Origin: Nanobdellota archaeon
GTDB lineage: Archaea > Nanobdellota > Nanobdellia > Nanobdellales > Nanobdellaceae
Reading direction: 5' to 3'
Assembly: GCA_042850255.1 (NCBI GenBank)
Contig: AP031373.1
Span: 41,313 to 65,312, forward strand
Length of the DNA stretch: 24,000 nucleotides
Part shown: positions 8,347 through 15,117 of the stretch, piece after piece
Numbering within the stretch: the first letter of the stretch is position 1
Layout: each line of letters opens with the position of its first letter
Made by a program: the position numbers and the translations under genes
The notes under the pieces: generated by a model
What the model saw: the letters and a program-made list of their open reading frames with translations, nothing else
Told to the model about the DNA's origin: nothing
Database searches by the model: none

Positions 8347-9549
8347 TTAAGCATTTGCTATTATTTGTATAACATCCCTATTCTTTAATATATAATCTCT
8401 TCCCAAGAATTTTTTTGTTCTTACATCTATTGCTTTAACAAAATTTTTTGCTAAATCAGAATGAATTTTATTTGCAAAATCTATTACTGTACTTCCAGGA
8501 GGTAATAGAAAACAATCTGGCAATATTCTACCTTCTTTATCTGCCAAAGAATCAACCCCACCAGGAAATACTGCAACATATTTTAATACATCAAATACTG
8601 TTATATCTAATAAATTTTGTACTCCAGTACTTCCAAATTCTTTAAATATATTATTCTCTATAAAATCCAATGCTTTCTTTTCTTTTTCATTTAATTCTCC
8701 TTTTATTTCAAAACTTCCTTCTCCAGGTATATAAAATATTTTACCCTGTTTATCTAATTCTTTTAATATTAATTCTGCATAACCTGATGTAGGTATAATA
8801 ATCTTATCTGGAAAGACTTCCTTTAATTTTTTTAAATTTCTTTTTGCAATATCTATATTTATATCAATTCTATTTGCAGCAATAACAATTGGTTTTGATA
8901 TTTTTCTTATCGTAGAAGATAATTCAAATAATTTTTTATCATCATTTATTATATCATAATCTTCACTACTTATATTTAATTCTCTAAATGCTTTTTCAAC
9001 ATGATATTCTTTTACATTCAATCCAGAAATTAATTTTGCTAGTTCTTTATCTAATTCTAAATGTTCTACTTTTATTTTTCTTATATTTTTTTCTAAATTT
9101 TTCTTTATTATATTAAAAAACCACCAGTCAATTTCATCTTCATACCACTTTATATCATTAGAAGGATCATAATTCCCAGGTCCAATATATTGTCCTTCTT
9201 CATTTGTACTTCCAGAAATATCTACTACATGTATTAAAGCATCTGCTTGCCTTACATCATCTAGAAATTTATTACCTAAACCTCTACCTTCATGTGCTCC
9301 TGGTACTAAACCTGCAATATCTATTATTTCTATTGGAACAAATCTATATTTTCCTTTAATATATCCATATCTTGGATTAGATTGTACACCAAATTCTGGT
9401 CCTACATCTTCTACCCTTACATATCCTACACCTTTATTAGGATCTATTGTAGTAAAAGGATAATTTGCTATTGCAACATCTTGTAATGTTATTGCCTTAA
9501 ACATTGTAGATTTACCAACATTTGGTTTTCCTGTCAAACCTATTAACAT
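8347..9549 (-). CDS. Obg-family GTPase (YchF/Drg-related) with C-terminal TGS domain
   Basis: 400-aa ORF. Motifs are G1 GKPNVGKST, G2 YPFTT, G3 DIAGLV and a later NRID-type G4. The C-terminal segment FVKAIDVRTKKFLGRDYILKNRDVIQI looks like a TGS domain. Confidence 0.85.
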   Translation of the reverse strand: MLIGLTGKPNVGKSTMFKAITLQDVAIANYPFTTIDPNKGVGYVRVEDVGPEFGVQSNPRYGYIKGKYRFVPIEIIDIAGLVPGAHEGRGLGNKFLDDVRQADALIHVVDISGSTNEEGQYIGPGNYDPSNDIKWYEDEIDWWFFNIIKKNLEKNIRKIKVEHLELDKELAKLISGLNVKEYHVEKAFRELNISSEDYDIINDDKKLFELSSTIRKISKPIVIAANRIDINIDIAKRNLKKLKEVFPDKIIIPTSGYAELILKELDKQGKIFYIPGEGSFEIKGELNEKEKKALDFIENNIFKEFGSTGVQNLLDITVFDVLKYVAVFPGGVDSLADKEGRILPDCFLLPPGSTVIDFANKIHSDLAKNFVKAIDVRTKKFLGRDYILKNRDVIQIIANA

Positions 9550-9579
9550 AAAAATTCTTTATTAATTTAATTTTAAAAT

Positions 9580-10062
9580 TTATTGTAAAGTTAAAGTACC
9601 TTCTTTTCTAATCCTTCTATAAGATATATCAAATAGTATTATTCCTATAATTAAATAAATCAAACTAGAAATTATTGATAAAAATAATAAATTATAATCT
9701 ACAGGTTCTTTTAATACAATATTTCTAAATTCTTGCAATAAAATTGAAGGAGAAAGTATTATAGTATATTTATAGAAAAAGAAAAAGGATAAAGAATATG
9801 ATACTGGAATAAAAGAAGAAAGAAACATGCTAATTAACCTCCTTATATATCTAGAATCTCCTCTTTTTAATAAATAAATTGGAGAAAAGATAAAGTAAAA
9901 TGATACTGTAAAAATTAATAATATTATAGAAAGTATAAAAGATATAAAAATTAGATATAAAAATGATTTAGAAAAGAATAAAAAGAATATAAAAAATAAT
10001 ATAGAGAATGTTAAATTAAAAGAAACAAATCTAGAAGATGTATTTTCATATTTTATTTCCAA
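9580..10062 (-). CDS. Integral membrane protein, function unknown
   Basis: 160-aa ORF with 4-5 hydrophobic helices. No recognisable motif. Confidence 0.45.
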   Translation of the reverse strand: MEIKYENTSSRFVSFNLTFSILFFIFFLFFSKSFLYLIFISFILSIILLIFTVSFYFIFSPIYLLKRGDSRYIRRLISMFLSSFIPVSYSLSFFFFYKYTIILSPSILLQEFRNIVLKEPVDYNLLFLSIISSLIYLIIGIILFDISYRRIRKEGTLTLQ

Positions 10063-10107
10063 TTCTCAAAAATAGTTTTTAAAGTATTTTTTCTAATATT
10101 ATCTTTA

Positions 10108-11436
10108 ATGAGTAGTAAATTAGATAATATACTTAATGATATAAAAGATATGAAAGATTATGATGAATTTATAAATTATATAAGATCCGATATAAATAGA
10201 GAATTTAAAAGTACTATGTATCTTGGCTATAAAACTAATGGTTCTGTTACTACTTTAAAAAAAGAGGAAATATTTCCAATAATATATGGAAGGTATTTTA
10301 TTCCAAGAGTATTTAATTACAACAACAATAGAAAAATAATACCAGATTATACTTACGATATCATAAAAATAGCTGTTGTATTTCAATTGGATGGAAATAA
10401 AGAAAAAAGATATATTAAAGAAATCGGACAAGAAAGAAAAGATATTTATATAGATTATGATAGAAGTAAAATGCCAGAATCTGTTATATTAGAGTCTGAA
10501 AATGATGATGATATAAAAAAATTAGTTCAAACAGTACCATATAATGGTGATGATCCTGATAACCAATTAAAAGAATCTATAAAAATTATTAGAGATAGAT
10601 CTGAAAAAGTTTATACTCCTACAATATTATTTATTCCTTTATTACATAATAACCCATATTTTTTGAAAATTAATTATATGAGTAAACCATATTTTCAACT
10701 TTATCCTTATAGTTTTACAGTTTATTTGGGAAGTCGAGAGGATGTTTTAGTACCAGATTATGTAGAAAATAATCTATTATCTTCTTTATTATTAACAGAT
10801 ATTGTTCCATATCCTACACTAGAGCCTACATTACTAAATTTGGATTACAAATTCGAATTTGATAAAAATAATTTAGAAAAAGGCTGGTACATAGAAGAAC
10901 ATGTAGATGAAGTAAATAATAAATTTTCAAATATAATAAAGAACATATCTAATGCAATAATAGAACTAAAATATTTACCTGAAGATATTTCTTCATATCA
11001 AATTTCTATAAAGGATAATAAACCAATATTTTTCGATATAGGATCTGGTATACAAGTTGTTTTGAATAAGGATCAATTAAAGAAAGTTGTAGTAAGTACT
11101 TTAGGTGATATTATAGATGGTATGACGAATTCCCCATTGTTGAAACATTGTAGAATAAATAATAGCATATTACAATGCGGGAGAAATATAGAAACTAAAA
11201 AGGAGGATTTATATAAATTAATTGAAGATATAACAGGAATAAAATATGAAGATACCACATATATGAGTTATAAAAATTTGTATACAGATATATTAGGAGA
11301 ATTAGAAAGAAAATATGAAATATTTAATGATTCATTTAGAAAAATAGATAATTTGAGAGATGAAGAATTTTATCCTATAAAATATTATTTAGAAAAAGTA
11401 ATAGAGATTTATTTAAGATCAAGAAAGATTATTTAA
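10108..11436 (+). CDS. Hypothetical soluble protein (orphan, 442 aa)
   Basis: Long uninterrupted ORF with ordinary, non-repetitive composition. I recognise no catalytic or binding motif. Its stop codon overlaps the stop of the convergent LAGLIDADG gene. Confidence 0.6.
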   Translation: MSSKLDNILNDIKDMKDYDEFINYIRSDINREFKSTMYLGYKTNGSVTTLKKEEIFPIIYGRYFIPRVFNYNNNRKIIPDYTYDIIKIAVVFQLDGNKEKRYIKEIGQERKDIYIDYDRSKMPESVILESENDDDIKKLVQTVPYNGDDPDNQLKESIKIIRDRSEKVYTPTILFIPLLHNNPYFLKINYMSKPYFQLYPYSFTVYLGSREDVLVPDYVENNLLSSLLLTDIVPYPTLEPTLLNLDYKFEFDKNNLEKGWYIEEHVDEVNNKFSNIIKNISNAIIELKYLPEDISSYQISIKDNKPIFFDIGSGIQVVLNKDQLKKVVVSTLGDIIDGMTNSPLLKHCRINNSILQCGRNIETKKEDLYKLIEDITGIKYEDTTYMSYKNLYTDILGELERKYEIFNDSFRKIDNLRDEEFYPIKYYLEKVIEIYLRSRKII

Positions 11437-12344
11437 TTATTTATAGGTTTATATTCTCTACCAATTTTTATATATTTTTCTTTAAATTTTTCTAAAGCTA
11501 TATAAGGATCATATTTACTTAATAAATCTAAAACAAATTCTAATTTCCTCATTTTTCTTTTGATAGTAAATCCTATTTCATTATAAAATTTTTGAATATC
11601 TTCTAATCTATAGATAATTAGATAATAAACGGTAAAATTGGCTATATATATTTTATTCCTAGCTTTTATAGCTTCCCCTTTCTTAGCGCCTATTCTATAT
11701 CTAGTTTTAATACCAAACTTATTTAATATATCTGCGATATTATCTAAAAGTTCTTTATTAGAATTACATAATTCTATAGCAATTCCTAATTTCTTACTTG
11801 TTCTTACTACAGGATACCCCTCTGCATCATAAAATCCTCTTAAAAAATATTTTATATAAGGCATAGAAAATTGTAAAAGTTCTCTCCAATCCCTATTTAG
11901 AAACATATATAATTGTTTAGATTTTATACGAGCAGCCCATCTATCAGATCTAGTTCTATCTCTTTCAAAAAATAAATCTACATCAAAACCCAATTTTTTA
12001 GCACATTTAGCAAATTCCTCAGCAAATTCTTTATCTATAACTCTTATTCTTACTCTATATTCATAGTTCTTCTCCCTAAAATACAAATCTCCATCACCTA
12101 AAAAGGCTCCTATTATATATGATAATTCTGGAGATGGTTTTATATCTCCTAAGTTTAATTTTTTAAATGGATCAGTAATATTATTACACCATCTTATTAC
12201 AGTAGCCTTTGATATTTTTACATTATATTTTTCCTTAATATAATTTACAATTTTGTTATAACTTAAACCTTCTTGCCTTAATGAGATTACTTCATTATGT
12301 ATTATTCTTAAACTTTCAGGATCTGTATTTTTCAGATTTTTCAT
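11433..12344 (-). CDS. Free-standing double-motif LAGLIDADG homing-endonuclease-like protein with N-terminal HTH
   Basis: 303-aa ORF with two LAGLIDADG-type motifs, YIIGAFLGDGDLY and YFLRGFYDAEGYP, about 100 aa apart. They follow an HTH-like region (LSYNKIVNYIKEKYNVKISKATVIRWCN). It is not embedded in an intron or intein host gene. Confidence 0.8.
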   Translation of the reverse strand: MKNLKNTDPESLRIIHNEVISLRQEGLSYNKIVNYIKEKYNVKISKATVIRWCNNITDPFKKLNLGDIKPSPELSYIIGAFLGDGDLYFREKNYEYRVRIRVIDKEFAEEFAKCAKKLGFDVDLFFERDRTRSDRWAARIKSKQLYMFLNRDWRELLQFSMPYIKYFLRGFYDAEGYPVVRTSKKLGIAIELCNSNKELLDNIADILNKFGIKTRYRIGAKKGEAIKARNKIYIANFTVYYLIIYRLEDIQKFYNEIGFTIKRKMRKLEFVLDLLSKYDPYIALEKFKEKYIKIGREYKPINN

Positions 12345-12439
12345 AATCTATTTTTGGCTTATAAACTTTTTAAATCCTATGACATAATTATAATAAATTG
12401 ATATAATTCTTATGAAGGTATTTATAATATATATTCTTA

Positions 12440-12616
12440 ATGGAGATAAAACTAAAGGTAAAATTACAGAAAAAGATTACAAGAAAAATTGGTAACAAAG
12501 TATACTATAATTATTATATTACGATCCCTTCGAAGGTTATTGAAACATTGGGGTTAGATAAATATGTAGATAAAGAAATAGAAATTGTTGTAATACCTAT
12601 AAAAGATGAAAAATAG
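12440..12616 (+). CDS. Small AbrB/SpoVT-like (swapped-hairpin) DNA-binding protein, 58 aa, not in the ORF track
   Basis: My translation is MEIKLKVKLQKKITRKIGNKVYYNYYITIPSKVIETLGLDKYVDKEIEIVVIPIKDEK*. The core ITIPSKVIETLGL..(d)..v.i matches the AbrB/MazE/SpoVT signature (vtIPkeire.lgl..Gd.v.i). It is probably below the track's length cutoff. Confidence 0.45.
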   Translation: MEIKLKVKLQKKITRKIGNKVYYNYYITIPSKVIETLGLDKYVDKEIEIVVIPIKDEK

Positions 12617-12666
12617 ATTTATAAGGATTATGTTTTTATATTACTGCCAAAAAGTAGTAATGGAAA

Positions 12667-12740
12667 AGCGGGGCGAGGATTTGAACCTCGGACCTGGGGG
12701 TTATGAGCCCCCCGGGCACTCCTGGCTGCCCTACCCCGCT
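12667..12740 (-). tRNA. Initiator tRNA-Met (anticodon CAU)
   Basis: Reverse complement reads AGCGGGG-TA-GGGC-AGCCAGGAGT-GCCC-G-GGGGG-CTCATAA-CCCCC-AGGTC-CGAGG-TTCAAAT-CCTCG-CCCCGCT. The A1:U72 pair and an all-G:C anticodon stem are the archaeal initiator signatures. Length is 74 nt with no intron. Confidence 0.88.
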
Positions 12741-12832
12741 ATCTATCTAAATTATATTATATAAAATTTATAAATGATTTTTCATAAAATAAAAACATAT
12801 TAAATTAAATAAAAATCAAAAAATCAGAAAAA

Positions 12833-13120
12833 TTATTTCTTTGATATTACAATTTCTATTGTTGATACCCTTCTTTTCTTCCCACTTTGATCTACTTGTC
12901 TTTCTTCAGAGTCTATTTTTATTGAAGATATATCTACTTGTCCTGCTAAGAATTTTTTTCTAACTACTTCTGCTACATCTACTGCTCTAGATATAAATCT
13001 TCCTCTTGCTTTTATTACTACTTCCTTTGCTTCTTGACTTGTAAATTGCATTACTACCGCTGTTACATAGTTCATAAATGGTTTGTTTCCTATGTATATT
13101 ACACTCTGTTCTGCCATCAT
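12833..13120 (-). CDS. albA: Alba DNA/RNA-binding chromatin protein
   Basis: 95-aa ORF, VIYIGNKPFMNYVTAVVMQF...VVIKARGRFISRAVDVAEVVRKKF...STIEIVISK. This is the canonical Alba sequence pattern. Confidence 0.93.
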   Translation of the reverse strand: MMAEQSVIYIGNKPFMNYVTAVVMQFTSQEAKEVVIKARGRFISRAVDVAEVVRKKFLAGQVDISSIKIDSEERQVDQSGKKRRVSTIEIVISKK

Positions 13121-13311
13121 GAAGATTGTAATCTTCTTATTTGCCTTGTAATATATCCAGCCAACATATTTCTTAATCTCTTTGAAGGTAATGAAGTTAT
13201 AGCCTGCAATATTTTTATATTTTTCTTATAATCGGTAGTAAATAAATTTCCATATTTTTCCAATATTTTATTTGCTTCTCTTCTAAATTTACCATGAAGT
13301 ATCCTACCCAT
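13117..13311 (-). CDS. rps17e: 30S ribosomal protein S17e (eS17)
   Basis: 64-aa ORF, MGRI...ANKILEKYGNLFTTDYKKNIKIL..ITSLPSKRLRNMLAGYITRQIRR. It matches the eS17 pattern (MG.vr...vKr.a..lie.y...ft.dF..NK.......i.sK.lRNkiAGYiT). Its stop overlaps the alba start (ATGA). Confidence 0.9.
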   Translation of the reverse strand: MGRILHGKFRREANKILEKYGNLFTTDYKKNIKILQAITSLPSKRLRNMLAGYITRQIRRLQSS

Positions 13312-13361
13312 ATTTTATAAATCTAAGATAAATTTATAAAGAGTAATTTGAATTCTATAAA

Positions 13362-13877
13362 ATGAAGATTGGAAAAAATCCTCCAGAAGATATAAATGTT
13401 TTTATAGAAATACCAAAAGGAAGCAATATAAAATATGAATTTGATGAAGAGGAAGGAGTAATAAAAGTTGATAGAATATTATATACTGCAATGTTTTATC
13501 CATTTAATTACGGATTTATACCAGAAACTCTGGAAGAAGATGGGGATCCATTGGATTGTTTAGTAATAACATATGAAACATTTGTACCAGGAGTAGTTAT
13601 TAGAGCAAAACCAATTGGAGTATTAATTACTGAAGACGAAGAAGGTGTTGATAGAAAAATAATTGCAGTTCCTCATGAAAAAATTGATCCAAGATTTTCA
13701 AATATAAAAGATATAAAAGATTTACCGGAAGCAATATTAAATCAAATAAAGCATTTCTATGAACATTATAAAGAATTGGAACCTGGTAAATTTGTGAAAG
13801 TAAAAGAATTTAAAGGAAAAGAAGAAGCTTTAAGTATAATTAAGGAAGCAGCGGAAAGATATAAAAACAAAAAATAA
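13362..13877 (+). CDS. ppa: Inorganic pyrophosphatase (family I)
   Basis: 171-aa ORF with [37 protein letters not shown] and DRKIIAV, the classic family-I PPase motifs. Confidence 0.95.
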   Translation: MKIGKNPPEDINVFIEIPKGSNIKYEFDEEEGVIKVDRILYTAMFYPFNYGFIPETLEEDGDPLDCLVITYETFVPGVVIRAKPIGVLITEDEEGVDRKIIAVPHEKIDPRFSNIKDIKDLPEAILNQIKHFYEHYKELEPGKFVKVKEFKGKEEALSIIKEAAERYKNKK

Positions 13878-13889
13878 ATTTATTTTTTA

Positions 13890-13935
13890 ATGAAGAAACA
13901 TTACGCTGCTGAATGGTGATGAGACCTTCCACTGA
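13890..13935 (+). ncRNA. Candidate C/D-box sRNA (2'-O-methylation guide)
   Basis: This is the only GC-enriched intergenic patch that is not a tRNA. Layout: C box AUGAAGA (13890-13896, one mismatch to RUGAUGA), a 12-nt guide AACAUUACGCUG, D' box CUGA (13909-13912), a 3-nt linker, C' box GUGAUGA (13916-13922, perfect), a 9-nt guide GACCUUCCA, and D box CUGA (13932-13935). The total of about 46 nt fits the compact archaeal sRNA format. The 3' spacer is shorter than the usual 12 nt or so. Confidence 0.5.
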
Positions 13936-15005
13936 TGATAATAAAAGAAAGTTTTGAGAAGCATTTTAAAGAATTATTAGGAGATAAGTATGAATTATTT
14001 TTAGAATGGTCATTTAGATTATTAAAAAAATCTATAAGAATAAATACTATAAAAGTAAAAGATGATATAAATTTTGAAAATTTAAAGGATATATTATTAG
14101 AAAAACAAGATCATTTAAGGGAAAAAGAATTAGAAGAAATATATAAAAAAATAGATAATCTATACAATTTAAAACAGAATCCTTTTAGATTAGATATTAG
14201 TGCAAAAGAAATATTATCAAGATTAAAAGAAAAAGGATGGGAAATTGAAAGAATTCCTTTTTATAAATATGGATTTTGGGTAAAGGGAGATAGGAGAGAT
14301 ATAGGAAATACTATAGAATTTCAATTAGGATATTATTATCCGCAAGAAGCTGCATCTATGATTCCTCCCATAGCATTAGATCCAAAAAACAATGATTTAA
14401 TATTAGATTTAGCAGCATCTCCAGGTTCAAAAACTACACAAATTGCAATGCACATGGAAAATGAAGGATTAATTATAGCAAATGACGTATCTATTGATAG
14501 AATAAAAGCATTAGGAGAAAATTTACAAAGACAAGGGATAATTAATACAATTGTAACAATGATGGATGGAAGAAAAATAGATGAATTGAATTTAAAATTT
14601 GATAAAATTTTATTGGATACTCCATGTTCAGGTACTGGTGCTATAAGAAAATCATATAAAACATTAAAAATATGGAACGAAAAAACAATAGAAAGATTAA
14701 ATAGGTTACAGAGGCAATTAATTTTAAAAGCATTTGATGTATTGAAAGATGAGGGAGTTTTAGTTTATTCTACATGTTCAATAGAACCTTTAGAAGATGA
14801 ATTTGTAGTAGATTATTTATTGTCAAAAAGAGAAAATGCAAAAATAGAGAAAATAGATATTCCAAATTTAAATAAATCTGAAATAATTTCTGAATATAAA
14901 GGATTAAAATTAAAACATGAAGATGAAATAAAAAATACTATTAGGTTATGGCCATGGGATAATGATACAGAAGGTTTTTATATTGCAAAAATAAGGAAAT
15001 TATAA
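13935..15005 (+). CDS. NOL1/NOP2/Sun-family RNA (cytosine-C5) methyltransferase (archaeal Trm4/NSUN-like)
   Basis: 356-aa ORF. It has the SAM motif DLAASPGSKTTQ, the catalytic Cys motifs DTPCSGTG and YSTCS, and the N-terminal pattern typical of archaeal Trm4-like enzymes. Confidence 0.9.
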   Translation: MIIKESFEKHFKELLGDKYELFLEWSFRLLKKSIRINTIKVKDDINFENLKDILLEKQDHLREKELEEIYKKIDNLYNLKQNPFRLDISAKEILSRLKEKGWEIERIPFYKYGFWVKGDRRDIGNTIEFQLGYYYPQEAASMIPPIALDPKNNDLILDLAASPGSKTTQIAMHMENEGLIIANDVSIDRIKALGENLQRQGIINTIVTMMDGRKIDELNLKFDKILLDTPCSGTGAIRKSYKTLKIWNEKTIERLNRLQRQLILKAFDVLKDEGVLVYSTCSIEPLEDEFVVDYLLSKRENAKIEKIDIPNLNKSEIISEYKGLKLKHEDEIKNTIRLWPWDNDTEGFYIAKIRKL

Positions 15006-15042
15006 TTCTGGAAATAATATAATGTTAAGAACTTTATAGTAA

Positions 15043-15117
15043 TGCCCCCGAGGGGATTCGAACCCCTGATCTCCAGGACCGAAGCCCGGAATGTTGTCCT
15101 GGCTACACTACGGGGGC
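15043..15117 (-). tRNA. tRNA-Arg (anticodon UCG)
   Basis: Reverse complement reads GCCCCCG-TA-GTGT-AGCCAGGACA-ACAT-T-CCGGG-CTTCGGT-CCTGG-AGATC-AGGGG-TTCGAAT-CCCCT-CGGGGGC-A. The anticodon loop CT-TCG-GT gives UCG. No intron. Confidence 0.9.

Noticed and set aside
8448-8645. ORF 8448-8645 (+) inside the GTPase gene
   Set aside because: It is antisense to a GTPase with a full set of G motifs, and its translation is low-complexity.
10140-10570. Additional UGAUGA/CUGA box combinations inside coding regions (for example AUGAUGA near 10157 and GUGAUGAUCCUGA near 10546)
   Set aside because: The box spacing is incompatible with C/D sRNA architecture: either no D box lies at about 12 nt, or the boxes are only 2 nt apart. 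These sites lie inside a CDS with no local GC enrichment.
11073-11832. ORFs 11073-11258 (-) and 11638-11832 (+)
   Set aside because: They are antisense to the 442-aa ORF and to the LAGLIDADG gene respectively. They are short, have no motifs and are probably chance open frames.
9550-12740. Integrated element at tRNA-iMet with att direct repeats
   Set aside because: I looked for a second copy of the GC-rich 3' portion of tRNA-iMet in the 3 kb on its 3' side. It would stand out in this AT-rich DNA, and I found none. No integrase gene is present either. The gene content is kept only as a weak accessory-island hint.
13034-13231. ORF 13034-13231 (+), overlapping alba and rps17e in antisense
   Set aside because: Both sense-strand genes are unambiguous, and the antisense translation has no features.
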